DNA of 64,000 nucleotides from Thalassobaculaceae bacterium (lineage in GTDB: Bacteria; Pseudomonadota; Alphaproteobacteria; Thalassobaculales; Thalassobaculaceae). Location of the stretch: NCBI GenBank assembly GCA_965228875.1, contig OZ245843.1:186001-250000 (forward strand). The letters run 5' to 3'. Every line of letters starts with the position of its first letter. Position 1 is the first letter of the stretch. Position numbers and translations under genes: made by a program. Under the pieces are notes generated by a model, which was given only the letters and a program-made list of their open reading frames with translations, had not been told where the DNA came from and made no database searches. Below, in pieces: positions 1 to 9,566 of the stretch.

Positions 1-1
1 G

Positions 2-607
2 CCGGACCTCCGCCTGCATGGGGGGAAGATCAATATCAAGGCGGCGGAATACGGCTCGCCGGTGGAGTGGCACCAGGACTGGGCGTTCTATCCGCACACC
101 AACGACGACGTCCTTGCGGTCGGTGTCCTCCTGGAGGACGCAACCGAGGAGAACGGGCCTCTGCTCGTCATTCCCGGCAGCCACAAGGGACCGACCTGGG
201 ACCATCATGTCGACGGACATTTCGCCGGCGCGATGGACCCGGATGCCTGCGGCATCGATTTCTCCCGCGCCGTGGCCCTGACCGGCAAGGCTGGAGCCTG
301 CACCTTCCACCATGTGCGCGCGGTGCACGGCTCGGCCCAGAACACATCCGGGCGCGACCGGCCGCTCCTGCTGTACCAGGTGGCTGCCGCCGACGCCTGG
401 GATCTGCGGGGCCTGCCGTCTTCCTGGGAGGAGAACGAGGGACGGATGATCGCCGGCACCTCGACCCTGAACCCGCGGGTGGTCGACTGCCCGGTGCGGC
501 TGCCGTATCCGAAGGCGAAGCGCGAAGGCTCGATCTACGAGAACCAGACCGCGCTCAGAAACCGCTACTTCGCGTTCGATCCGAAGGTCGGCACGGCGGC
601 GGAATAG
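2..607 (+). CDS. Phytanoyl-CoA dioxygenase (PhyH) family Fe(II)/2OG oxygenase, 5'-truncated by the window edge
   Basis: Frame is open from base 2 (PDLRLHGGKINIK...); WHQD iron-binding motif, NGPL..IPGSH, distal HGSAQN..R. Confidence 0.85.
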   Translation, partial: PDLRLHGGKINIKAAEYGSPVEWHQDWAFYPHTNDDVLAVGVLLEDATEENGPLLVIPGSHKGPTWDHHVDGHFAGAMDPDACGIDFSRAVALTGKAGACTFHHVRAVHGSAQNTSGRDRPLLLYQVAAADAWDLRGLPSSWEENEGRMIAGTSTLNPRVVDCPVRLPYPKAKREGSIYENQTALRNRYFAFDPKVGTAAE

Positions 608-775
608 CGGTCCGCGTCACCGGGGCGAACCCTGAACTTCCGAGTGGGGCGGTGTCCTTGTGCATGGGCCCGCCCTGCGGCGCCCCCGCCGGTGGAGGTG
701 GGGCGGCACAGTCGGGGGTTTTCCTGCCCCGGCGGCGGGACTACGGTCTCCTGCCCAACGGCACAAGGAGCCACC

Positions 776-1906
776 GTGATCCAGATTTCGAGCCAGTTCG
801 ACGGCGGCAACATCGAGGTTGTCGACGCCGCCGACCCGAGCGACATCCGCCTGCGCATCCGCAAGGACACCGGGTCCGACTTCTTCCAGTGGTTCTACTT
901 CCGGGTCTCCGGCGCCAGGGGCGTCCCGCTGACCCTGACCATCGAGAATGCCGGGGCTTCCAGCTATCCCAAGGGCTGGGAGGACTACTGTGCCGTCGTC
1001 TCCGAGGACCGGGCGAACTGGTGGCGGACCGAGACCCGCTACGACGGCACTCGGCTGACAATTTCTCACACGCCGGAGACCGACCTCGCGTGGTTCGCCT
1101 ATTTCGCGCCCTACAACCTGGAGCAGCACGCCGATCTGGTCGCCTTCGCTCAGGCGGACGGGGCGGCGCAGGCCGAACGGCTGGGGTCCACTCTGGACGG
1201 CCGCGATCTGGACCTGCTGACCTTCGGGTCCGGCGAGAAACCGCTGTGGATTATCGCCCGTCAGCATCCGGGCGAGAGCATGGCCGGATGGTTCGTCGAG
1301 GGGCTGGTCGACCGGCTGTGCGACCCGCAGGATCCGGTGGCGCGCGGCCTGCTGTCTGCGGCGACGATCCGGCTGGTGCCCAACATGAACCCGGACGGTG
1401 TCTATCACGGCAACCTGCGCACCAATTCGGTCGGCACCAACCTGAACCGGGAGTGGCGCGAGCCGAGCCTGGAGAAGAGCCCCGAGGTATTTCACGTGGC
1501 CCAGCGCATGCGCGACACCGGCGTGGCGATGTGTCTGGACGCGCACGGCGACGAGGGGCTGCCCTACAACTTCATCGCGGGCTACGAGGGCGTGCCCGAC
1601 GTCACCGAGGCGCATCTGGCACCGCTCAACCGGTTCCGCGGCGAGTTGGCACGGCTGTCGCCGGACTTCCAGACCGAGCGCGGCTATCCCAAGGCCTCGC
1701 CGGGAAAGGGTAATCTGACCACGTCGACCGGGCATATCGCGCATACCTTCCGCTGCCCGGCCATGACACTGGAGATGCCGTTCAAGGACGCGGCCAACAA
1801 TCCGATGCCGGCGGTAGGCTGGTCGCCCGACCGCTGCAAGCATCTGGCGGGTCACTGTCTCGAAACGATGCTGCTGATGATCGACGACTGGGGGAGCGGG
1901 CTGTGA
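776..1906 (+). CDS. M14-type (cytosolic) zinc carboxypeptidase
   Basis: FDGGNI N-terminus, WFYFRV, ARQHPGE, NPDG, NLNR, DAHGDE and LEMP motifs; AAGGAG RBS before GTG at 776. Confidence 0.9.
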   Translation: MIQISSQFDGGNIEVVDAADPSDIRLRIRKDTGSDFFQWFYFRVSGARGVPLTLTIENAGASSYPKGWEDYCAVVSEDRANWWRTETRYDGTRLTISHTPETDLAWFAYFAPYNLEQHADLVAFAQADGAAQAERLGSTLDGRDLDLLTFGSGEKPLWIIARQHPGESMAGWFVEGLVDRLCDPQDPVARGLLSAATIRLVPNMNPDGVYHGNLRTNSVGTNLNREWREPSLEKSPEVFHVAQRMRDTGVAMCLDAHGDEGLPYNFIAGYEGVPDVTEAHLAPLNRFRGELARLSPDFQTERGYPKASPGKGNLTTSTGHIAHTFRCPAMTLEMPFKDAANNPMPAVGWSPDRCKHLAGHCLETMLLMIDDWGSGL

Positions 1907-2259
1907 TCACCGTCTGGGGCCTGAAGAACTGCGATACCTGCAAGAAGGCCCGTGCCTGGCTGGAAGACAGGGGCGCGGATTTCGTCTTCAAGGACGTGCG
2001 GGCCGACGGGCTGAGCGCAGAGCGGATCGCCGGTTGGCTTGACGCGGTCGGTGGCGAGGTCCTGATCAACCGGCGGGGCACCACCTGGCGGGGACTGGGC
2101 GACGCCGACAAGGCGCGCGCCGAGGCGGCGGAGTCGGCGGTGGATCTGCTGGCGGGGAGCCCGGCGCTCATCAAACGACCGGTCTTCGAGCTTCCCGACG
2201 GCACCGTCGTCGTCGGTTTCGCCAAGGCGCAGCTGGCGGTTCTGGAGGCCAGGGTTTGA
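1903..2259 (+). CDS. ArsC/Spx/YffB family thioredoxin-fold protein
   Basis: GLKNCDTCKKA, NRRGTTWR and LIKRPV motifs; GTGA overlap with the upstream stop. Confidence 0.9.
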   Translation: MITVWGLKNCDTCKKARAWLEDRGADFVFKDVRADGLSAERIAGWLDAVGGEVLINRRGTTWRGLGDADKARAEAAESAVDLLAGSPALIKRPVFELPDGTVVVGFAKAQLAVLEARV

Positions 2260-3353
2260 GCGACGTCGCCATCATCGGCGGCGGCCTCGTCGGGTCCGCC
2301 GTCGCCTGGGGGTTGGCGCGGGCCGGCGCGAAGGTGACGGTGTTCGACGAGGGTGACGATGCCCTGCGCGCGAGCCGGGGGAACTTCGGCCTGGTCTGGG
2401 TCCAGGGCAAGGGCGACGGCATGCACGAATACGCCGGTTGGACCCGGCGCAGCGCCGAGATCTGGCCGGAGCTCGCCTCGGCGATCGGCGAGGAGGAGGG
2501 GGTCGATGTCGGCCTGCGCCAGCCCGGCGGCCTCGAGGCCTGCCTCGACGCCGAGGAGTTCGCCGATCGCGAGCTGTCTGTGCGACGTATGCATAACCAG
2601 TCCGGCGTCGGCGGCAACGATGTGCGAATGATCTCCACCCAGGAGGCGCGGGAACTGGAGCCGGCGCTGAGCCCGGAGATCGCCGGGGCGAGCTTCTGCC
2701 CCCATGACGGCCATGTCAGCCCGCTCTACCTGCTTCGCGGTCTGCATGCGGGCCTGGCGCGCCGCAGGGTCGACCATCGCCTGGACCATCGCGTCGAGCG
2801 GATCGTGCCCGACGGCGGCGGTTTCGCCCTGGAGACTGCGCGCGGCACCCATCGTGCCGACCGGGTCGTCCTGGCGGCGGGCCTCGGTAACGCCAGGCTC
2901 GGTCCGATGGTCGGCCTCGATGTGCCGACCGCTCCGGATCACGGCCAGATCCTGGTGACCCAGCGCCTGCCGAAGATGTTCAGCCACCCCATGGCCCGGG
3001 TGCGCCAGACCGAGGAGGGCTCGGTCATGATCGGCGCGAGCCATGCCCGTGTCGGTTACAGTACCGAGCTCGACATCGAGACCTCGGCGCGGCTGGCCGA
3101 CCGTGCCCGGCGGTTGGTGCCGGCGCTGGCCAACGCGCGGATCGTGCGGACCTGGGCGGCGCTGCGGATCATGTCGCCGGACGGATTCCCGATCTACGCC
3201 GAGAGCGAGAATTGCCCCGGCGCCTTCGTCGTCACCTGCCACAGCGGCGTGACCTTGGCCGCAGCCCATGCCCTCGACTTGGCGCCAACGATCCTGGACG
3301 GCACGCTGGCGCAACGCTTCGATCCTTTCCATTTTCGGCGTTTCACCGCCTGA
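2256..3353 (+). CDS. FAD-dependent DAO-family oxidoreductase (HcnC/opine oxidase subunit B-like)
   Basis: GGGLVG Rossmann motif, ASRGNFGLVWVQGKG, WAALR.MSPDG.PIY, HSGVTLA. Confidence 0.85.
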   Translation: MSDVAIIGGGLVGSAVAWGLARAGAKVTVFDEGDDALRASRGNFGLVWVQGKGDGMHEYAGWTRRSAEIWPELASAIGEEEGVDVGLRQPGGLEACLDAEEFADRELSVRRMHNQSGVGGNDVRMISTQEARELEPALSPEIAGASFCPHDGHVSPLYLLRGLHAGLARRRVDHRLDHRVERIVPDGGGFALETARGTHRADRVVLAAGLGNARLGPMVGLDVPTAPDHGQILVTQRLPKMFSHPMARVRQTEEGSVMIGASHARVGYSTELDIETSARLADRARRLVPALANARIVRTWAALRIMSPDGFPIYAESENCPGAFVVTCHSGVTLAAAHALDLAPTILDGTLAQRFDPFHFRRFTA

Positions 3354-3363
3354 GGAGCCGGAC

Positions 3364-4008
3364 ATGCCGTCGCTCGACACGCTCGTCGTCTTCATTGTGG
3401 CCGCACTGGTCCTGAACCTGTCGCCCGGCCCGTCCAATCTCTACGTGATGGCACGCAGCATCAGCCAGGGTCCGCGCGCCGGAATGGTCGCCGCCGGCGG
3501 GCTGGCGACCGGTGCGTTCGTTCACGTCGCGGCCGCGACGCTCGGGGTGTCGGCCATCGTGATGGCCTCGGCCGAGGCGTTCACGGCGCTGAAATGGGCC
3601 GGTGCGGCCTATCTCGTCTGGCTCGGCATCCAGCACTGGCGAACAGCGGGACAGTCCATGGGCGGGGTGGTGAGGACACCGCCGAAGGCCATGGCGCGGA
3701 TCTTCCGCGAGAGCGCCGTGGTCGAGATTCTGAACCCGAAGACGGCGCTGTTCTTCCTGGCCCTTCTCCCGCAGTTCATCGATCCCGCCGTCGGACCGGT
3801 GGCGGTGCAGAGCCTCGTGCTGGGCACCATCGTCGTGGTGTCGGCCGTTCCCTGCGACGCGCTGGTGGCCTTCGCCTCCGGCGCGGTGGCGCGCAGGCTG
3901 TCGAGCAGTCCCTGGATCGGTCGCTGGCAGGATCGGGTATCCGGCGCGATCCTGATCGGGCTCGCCGGCCTTGTGGCGACCGGCGAGCGGCCGGAGGCAG
4001 CCCAGTGA
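3364..4008 (+). CDS. LysE/RhtB family amino-acid exporter
   Basis: SPGPS motif, LKWAGAAYL, LNPKTALFF; GAGGAG RBS before ATG 3364. Confidence 0.9.
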   Translation: MPSLDTLVVFIVAALVLNLSPGPSNLYVMARSISQGPRAGMVAAGGLATGAFVHVAAATLGVSAIVMASAEAFTALKWAGAAYLVWLGIQHWRTAGQSMGGVVRTPPKAMARIFRESAVVEILNPKTALFFLALLPQFIDPAVGPVAVQSLVLGTIVVVSAVPCDALVAFASGAVARRLSSSPWIGRWQDRVSGAILIGLAGLVATGERPEAAQ

Positions 4009-4295
4009 GGTTCGCCCGGCTCTCAGGTCCGTCCCGCGCCGCGGAGGTGACGCTGACCGTCGACGGCGAACGGATCGTCGCGCGCGAGGGGGACACGGTG
4101 TCGTCCGCTCTGTTCGCGGCCGGGTACGGGGCTGTTCGCCGGTCGGCGGTCAGCGGCAGCCCGCGGGCGCCGTACTGCCAGATGGGCGTGTGTTTCGAAT
4201 GCCTCGTCGAGGTCGACGGGGTGGCGGACCGCCAGGCCTGCCTGGTGCCGGTGCGCGACGGGATGACGGTCGCCACGACCCGGGACGGCGGCTGA
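4005..4295 (+). CDS. 2Fe-2S ferredoxin-like subunit (HcnA/opine oxidase small subunit)
   Basis: YCQMGVCFECLVEVDG...QAC cysteine pattern; GTGA overlap with the lysE stop. Confidence 0.85.
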   Translation: MRFARLSGPSRAAEVTLTVDGERIVAREGDTVSSALFAAGYGAVRRSAVSGSPRAPYCQMGVCFECLVEVDGVADRQACLVPVRDGMTVATTRDGG

Positions 4296-4297
4296 CG

Positions 4298-5698
4298 ATG
4301 GTGGAGGTTCGCGACCTCGTGATCGTGGGCGCCGGGCCGGCCGGGCTCGGCGCCGCCGCGACAGCTCGCGACCTGGGCCTCGACGTCCTGATCCTCGACG
4401 AACAGCCGAGTCCCGGGGGACAGATCTATCGCAATGTCGACCGTGTAACTCGCCAGCGGCCGGCCGACCTCGCCTTCCTCGGTGCCGACTACGCGCGCGG
4501 CGCGGAGGTGACGCGGGCGGCCTTCGGGGTCGACCGATTGCAGGAGGCGACGGTCTGGCATGTCGGCCCATCGACGCGCGGGAGCGGACGCCGGGTCGTG
4601 TGGTCGCAGGCCGGGCGTGCGCACAAGACGATGGCACGCGCCGTGCTGCTGGCGACCGGCGCGATGGAGCGCCCGGTGCCGGTGCCCGGCTGGACCCTGC
4701 CCGGGGTGACGACGGTCGGCGCGCTGCAGACCACCCTGAAGCAGTCGGGCCTGTATCCCGAAGGCCGCATCGTGCTCGCGGGCAGCGGGCCGCTGCTTCT
4801 GCTGATGGCGGTGCAGTATGCCGCGGCCGGCATCCCGGTGGAGGCGATCCTGGACACCACGCCGCCGGGCACGATGGCGCGGGCGCTTCCCCGTCTCCCG
4901 CTCGCGGCGATCGGCGCGGCCCGGACCCTGCTCAGGGGCTGGAGCTTGAAGCGCGGTTTCGCGAGCTCCGCCCGCGAGGTCTGGCGCGGGGTGACCGACA
5001 TCCGGGCCGAGGGCGAGGGACGGCTGCGGCGCGTGCGGTTCACCGACGCAACCGGCATCGCCCGGGAGATCGCGGCCGACACCCTGGCCCTGCATGAGGG
5101 CGTCATCCCCAATCCCCAGCTTCCCCGCATGGTCGGGGCGGTGCACGACTGGAACACCGATCAGCGCTGCTTCCGGCCGGTTCTCGATGCCTACGGAGAA
5201 TGCACGGCGGACGGTGTCTACATCGCCGGCGACGGCGGCGGTATCCTGGGCGCCGAGGCGGCACGGGCGTCGGGCCGGGTCGCGGCGATGGCGATTGCCC
5301 ATCGCCTTGGCAGGATCGCCGAGGCCGAGCGCGATTTCCGCGCCGCTCCCGATCTCGACCGGCTGACGGGGCAGCGCTGGCTGCGTCGGTTCCTCGATGT
5401 CCTGTTTCCACCGCCGGGGTGGATCGGCGCCATGGCCGACGACGCCCTGGCGTGCCGCTGCGAGGAGGTGACCGCCGGCGAACTGCGCCGGCTGGCCGGC
5501 CACGCCCAGGGGCCGAACCAGCTGAAGGCCTATACCCGCGCCGGCATGGGGCCGTGCCAGGGCCGGATGTGCGGAACCACGGTCACCGAGGTGCTCGCCG
5601 CGGCCCAGGGCCGGGCGCCGGACTCCGTCGGGTACTACCGCGTGCGGCCGCCGGCCAAGCCGGTCACCGTCGAGGAACTGGCCGCCCTGGTGGATTGA
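4298..5698 (+). CDS. NAD(P)/FAD oxidoreductase with C-terminal BFD-like 2Fe-2S domain (HcnB/opine oxidase subunit A-like)
   Basis: GAGPAG, PGGQIYR, ATGAMERP..PGWTLPGV, CRCEEVT, GMGPCQGRMC. Confidence 0.88.
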   Translation: MVEVRDLVIVGAGPAGLGAAATARDLGLDVLILDEQPSPGGQIYRNVDRVTRQRPADLAFLGADYARGAEVTRAAFGVDRLQEATVWHVGPSTRGSGRRVVWSQAGRAHKTMARAVLLATGAMERPVPVPGWTLPGVTTVGALQTTLKQSGLYPEGRIVLAGSGPLLLLMAVQYAAAGIPVEAILDTTPPGTMARALPRLPLAAIGAARTLLRGWSLKRGFASSAREVWRGVTDIRAEGEGRLRRVRFTDATGIAREIAADTLALHEGVIPNPQLPRMVGAVHDWNTDQRCFRPVLDAYGECTADGVYIAGDGGGILGAEAARASGRVAAMAIAHRLGRIAEAERDFRAAPDLDRLTGQRWLRRFLDVLFPPPGWIGAMADDALACRCEEVTAGELRRLAGHAQGPNQLKAYTRAGMGPCQGRMCGTTVTEVLAAAQGRAPDSVGYYRVRPPAKPVTVEELAALVD

Positions 5699-5703
5699 AC
5701 GCC

Positions 5704-5742
5704 ACCGGGTTCCACTACCGAATTCCATTACCGGGTTCCACT
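5704..5742. repeat. Three tandem 13-bp repeats
   Basis: ACCGGGTTCCACT / ACCGAATTCCATT / ACCGGGTTCCACT read directly. Confidence 0.75.
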
Positions 5743-5776
5743 GGACAGTGCCGGTCGCCTGGCGTGCAATGGACCG

Positions 5777-6586
5777 ATGGTCCGCGCGCTGCTCCTCGCC
5801 GTGATGCTGTGCGCCGCCGCCGTTCCGACGCACGCGGAGGAGGCGGTGGACCTGGAACTGGTGCTTGCCGTCGACGTGTCCGGTTCGATCGATACCTCCG
5901 AGGCGATGCTGCAGCGCGAGGGTTATGTCACAGCCCTGTCCAGCGATGAGGTTCTGGCGGCGATCACCGGTGGGCCGCTGGGACGAATCGCGCTCGCCTA
6001 TGTCGAGTGGGCGGGCGCCGGCACGGCGCGCACTGTGGTGGATTGGCGGGTGATCGACGGGCGCGCCTCGGCCGATCGCTTCGTCGCCATCCTGCAGCGG
6101 AACTGGCCGCGCACCGGGCGGCGCACCTCGATCAGCGCCGCCATCCGCCACGGCCTGTCGCTGTTCGAGGACAACGGGTTCGCCGGCCGGCGGCGCATCA
6201 TCGATATCTCCGGCGACGGGCCGAATAACGAAGGCGGCCCGATCCTGACCGCCCGCGCCCTGGCGGCGGACCGGGGGGTGGGGGTCAACGGCGTCGTCAT
6301 CCTGAACTTCGATCCAGGCCCTCTCGGATTCCCGGTGCTGGAGGATCTCGACATCTATTTCGAGGAATGCGTCATCACCGGCAACGGCGCCTTCGTCCTT
6401 GCCGCCGACGGGTTCCGGGATTTCGGCCGCGCGATCCGACGCAAGCTGGTGCTCGAGATAGCCGACCTGGCGCCGAGGCGGTCCCGGTCGGATCGCCCGG
6501 CGATCCGCCGGACCGACGGCTACGACTGTCTGGTCGGCGAACGGCAGCTGCGGGAGTGGCTGCGCGACAACCCTTTTGATCCGTAG
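5777..6586 (+). CDS. Secreted DUF1194 (vWA-like) protein
   Basis: Signal-peptide-like N-terminus; LELVLAVDVSGS MIDAS-like motif, IDISGDG.NN.G, RKLVLEIA. Confidence 0.85.
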   Translation: MVRALLLAVMLCAAAVPTHAEEAVDLELVLAVDVSGSIDTSEAMLQREGYVTALSSDEVLAAITGGPLGRIALAYVEWAGAGTARTVVDWRVIDGRASADRFVAILQRNWPRTGRRTSISAAIRHGLSLFEDNGFAGRRRIIDISGDGPNNEGGPILTARALAADRGVGVNGVVILNFDPGPLGFPVLEDLDIYFEECVITGNGAFVLAADGFRDFGRAIRRKLVLEIADLAPRRSRSDRPAIRRTDGYDCLVGERQLREWLRDNPFDP

Positions 6587-6603
6587 CTCCGACCGCCACG
6601 CCC

Positions 6604-8328
6604 TTACTGCATGAAGCCGCAGCGGTAGAGCTGGACGTGGAAGTCCCGCAGGACCCGTTCCTTCTCGGCGCCCGGCACGTCGGCCACCAGTTCGGTCTCG
6701 AAATTCTTGCGCCGCAGATGCTTGATGACGATCTCGCGCGCCAGCTTCGAGGCCTGGCCTTCCGGCAGCATCTCCGGGGTGCACATGGACAGCAGCATGA
6801 AGGCGCGGACATGCAGTGGCCGCTTCGGGTCGTCGACCTTCTCCAGGATCCTGTCCTCGGTGATGTAGCGGGCCAGCAGCTCGTCCAAACGTCTGACGAT
6901 CTTGTTCTTCAGGACGGCGTCGATCGAGGAGTCCTGAAACTTGTGGTAGACGGCCGTGACTGTCTGCATCTTCTTGTTCGGCGGCCGGTCGTCGCGGACG
7001 ATGTGCTTGACCGAGTCCGGCCTGACGAACAGGCCCTCCAACTGCATGTCGATCTCGTCGCCGATGGTCTCGGCGAGCGTGCTCTCGGACAGCGAGATCA
7101 GGTAGCTGGCCTTGCGCACCGGGTCGCCGAAGGCCGGAAGCAGCCGGTTCGTCGCCTCCTTGAGGCCGTTGACGCCGCCGCGGTTGATGATCCTCGACTG
7201 CCGCTGGGTGAGGGCCTCGGCCATGGCGCCGCCGCCGAGCAGGTTGTCGGTCGGCATCAGCTTGCCGATGAGCGCCCGGAAAGCCTCGGCCTCCTCGTCG
7301 CCGCCGCTGTGCGACAGCGGCGCCTTGCCTTCGACCTGACGGCGCACGCGGTCCACCAGCACGATCTGACTGTCGGGCAGGGCGCCGGCGGCGAACAGGT
7401 CGGTGAGCGAACTTGCGACCGCCTCCGGCGCGTCGTCCGGCCGGCCTTCCGCGTCGACCTCGAAGGCGCCCTGGGCGAGGTCGACCAGGGCCCCGAGTGC
7501 CGCGCCGAGACTGTCCTGAATCCCAAGCAGGTCCTGCAGGGTCTCGGCGTTCGAGAGGATGTCGGAGATATAGGTGTCGGCGACCTGTCGGCCGCGATCG
7601 TTCTCGCAGGGTTTCGCCCACTCCACGGTCTGGGTCAGCTTGCCGAAGTAGGAGCGTTGCTGCACCAGTTCGCGGGCGACGGCGAGGCGTACGAGGAAAG
7701 CGCAATCGTCGTCGTCGGCCGCCATCCTGCCGATCTTCTCGATGGTCGCCTCGAATCCTTCCTGGCGGATCGGCGGCAGCGTCCTGGACGCCGCATCCCG
7801 GGCCCGCTCGGTCACGGCGTCGAGGAACCCGAACAGCGCATTGCGCCGCGCGGTGGCGTCGCCGGCCTCGGAACAGGTCTTGGCCTGCAGCGTCGAGACC
7901 TTGCCGATGCCCGACATGATCAGGTTGTCGGCGTCGAGCAGGCGGCGCAGCTCGCGGAACTCGTGCAGCACCTCGCTGGCGGTGACGCCATTCTTGTCGA
8001 GATAGGCCCGGAACAGCCGGTTGAGGGTCTGGCGCCCGCCGATGCCGTAGAGATCCTCCGCGGTCTCGCAGACGGGCGCCTCGTCGACTTCGCCGACGAA
8101 GATCTTGTCGCTGCCGCCGGTCGTCCGTGTCTTCTCGAACACGACCTGCTCGCGCGACGTCGAGCCGCGGGTCGTTTCCTTGACCACACGTACGCCGCTA
8201 ACGCCTTGGCGGTTCAGTGCTTTCTTTGCGAGATCCTCGGCTTCACGCTGGGAGTGGGCACTGGTATCGATCTGCCAGCGCCCATCGCGCTGGAGGTGCA
8301 CCTCGAAGATTTCAGACTTACCCAACAT
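6604..8328 (-). CDS. Hypothetical protein (~574 aa)
   Basis: Long ORF with natural composition and GC-rich third positions; GGAG..GGGA RBS before ATG 8328; no recognisable catalytic motif. Confidence 0.75.
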   Translation of the reverse strand: MLGKSEIFEVHLQRDGRWQIDTSAHSQREAEDLAKKALNRQGVSGVRVVKETTRGSTSREQVVFEKTRTTGGSDKIFVGEVDEAPVCETAEDLYGIGGRQTLNRLFRAYLDKNGVTASEVLHEFRELRRLLDADNLIMSGIGKVSTLQAKTCSEAGDATARRNALFGFLDAVTERARDAASRTLPPIRQEGFEATIEKIGRMAADDDDCAFLVRLAVARELVQQRSYFGKLTQTVEWAKPCENDRGRQVADTYISDILSNAETLQDLLGIQDSLGAALGALVDLAQGAFEVDAEGRPDDAPEAVASSLTDLFAAGALPDSQIVLVDRVRRQVEGKAPLSHSGGDEEAEAFRALIGKLMPTDNLLGGGAMAEALTQRQSRIINRGGVNGLKEATNRLLPAFGDPVRKASYLISLSESTLAETIGDEIDMQLEGLFVRPDSVKHIVRDDRPPNKKMQTVTAVYHKFQDSSIDAVLKNKIVRRLDELLARYITEDRILEKVDDPKRPLHVRAFMLLSMCTPEMLPEGQASKLAREIVIKHLRRKNFETELVADVPGAEKERVLRDFHVQLYRCGFMQ

Positions 8329-8479
8329 TCCCCACTCCGCGATGGCCGCGGAACACCTGTGCAAAGCTTAGGCCAGGAAGCGGAAAACTCAAAGCATTGG
8401 GATTATTGGCATTTTAGGCAATGTGTCGTGAATTGCCCATGGCCATTGATCCGGGCGGTCCCGTCGCCATCTAGAGACG

Positions 8480-9487
8480 ATGCAAGAGTTGCCGACCTCG
8501 GCCGCCGCGTCTTTGCCGTTCGACCCGTCGACGGCTCGGGCCGTCGTGGACGATGCCATCACCCGATACATCGACAGCCGACGCGCCCGCATCGCCGAGT
8601 TCATTGATATCCAGTACGGCTGGAAGGGGGCCGTGCGGCTCCATCGCAATGCGCTGGGCCTGGATCTCGTGCGGGCACCGCTCAACGTGGTGCTTGTCCC
8701 GCCACAGCTCCTGGTCAACGTCTCGGGGATGGTCGCCGAGCGGTTCGGCGCCCGACGCGCCGGGCACTGGATGAAGACCCGCCGGCTGCTACTGCGCACC
8801 TCGGTCGATCGCGAGATCGAGTGGCGTCTGTGGACCGAATTCCTGGAACTGCCGTTCACCGATGGCCGGCGGATCTCGACCCGCGACGCGCTGGCGGAAG
8901 CGATGTTCGCCGATCCGCGCCTGCACCGGGCGCTGGGGGAGCCGCTGGCCGAGATCGCCCGCCACGCCGAGGATCCGGATGTGCGCCGGCGGATCGAGGA
9001 GACCCTGGCGACCTATACGGGCACGCGGGCGGCGGCGGCCGACCTGGTCGGTGCCATGATGTCCACCGGGGTCGGCTACGCGGCCGCCCACCAGATCACG
9101 CCCAGCGTGTGGACGCTGGGTCCGGTCGTCGCCGGGCTGATGGCGCACCATGTCGCGGTGGCTAGCTTCCCGCTCGGCGCCACGCTGGGCGGTGCTTGGT
9201 ACTCCGCGTTTCCGGTGTCGGTCAGCACCATGCTCGTCGGGTCGACCATTGCTTCCCTGGCGGCGATCTCGGCCGTCGTCGCCGCCTTTGCCGGCGTGCT
9301 GGCCGATCCGGTGCAGCGCTCCCTCGGCATGCACCGCCGGCGGCTGAACCGCATGCTCGACACCATCGAGCGGAATTTCCGCGGCGACGGCCCGGTCGCC
9401 TTCACCCCGAAGGATCACTACGTCGCCCGTCTGGTCGACGCCATCGATGTCGTCCGCGCGGCTCACCGGGTGGCGACCGGAAGCTAG
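8480..9487 (+). CDS. Membrane-associated protein, DUF6635-like
   Basis: HRNALGLDLVRAPLNV and DPVQ..LG.HRRRL motifs recalled from DUF6635; hydrophobic C-terminal segments. Confidence 0.65.
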   Translation: MQELPTSAAASLPFDPSTARAVVDDAITRYIDSRRARIAEFIDIQYGWKGAVRLHRNALGLDLVRAPLNVVLVPPQLLVNVSGMVAERFGARRAGHWMKTRRLLLRTSVDREIEWRLWTEFLELPFTDGRRISTRDALAEAMFADPRLHRALGEPLAEIARHAEDPDVRRRIEETLATYTGTRAAAADLVGAMMSTGVGYAAAHQITPSVWTLGPVVAGLMAHHVAVASFPLGATLGGAWYSAFPVSVSTMLVGSTIASLAAISAVVAAFAGVLADPVQRSLGMHRRRLNRMLDTIERNFRGDGPVAFTPKDHYVARLVDAIDVVRAAHRVATGS

Positions 9488-9566
9488 AGGAGGACGGTTG
9501 CGGGCTGGTACGGCGTCGGGATCGGGTGTGTACTCGCGCATCGGAACGGATTGCCGGAGGGGAGCG

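Noticed and set aside
2256..5698. Calling the trio a hydrogen cyanide synthase (hcnABC)
   Set aside because: The same motifs occur in opine and D-amino-acid dehydrogenases; the substrate cannot be read from sequence
3776..7705. 1309-aa minus-strand ORF and similar long ORFs (18387-20270, 20534-22723, 37469-39754, 54012-56462, 60266-62455)
   Set aside because: Antisense or alternate-frame shadows of well-supported genes; no motifs; expected in high-GC DNA where stops are rare
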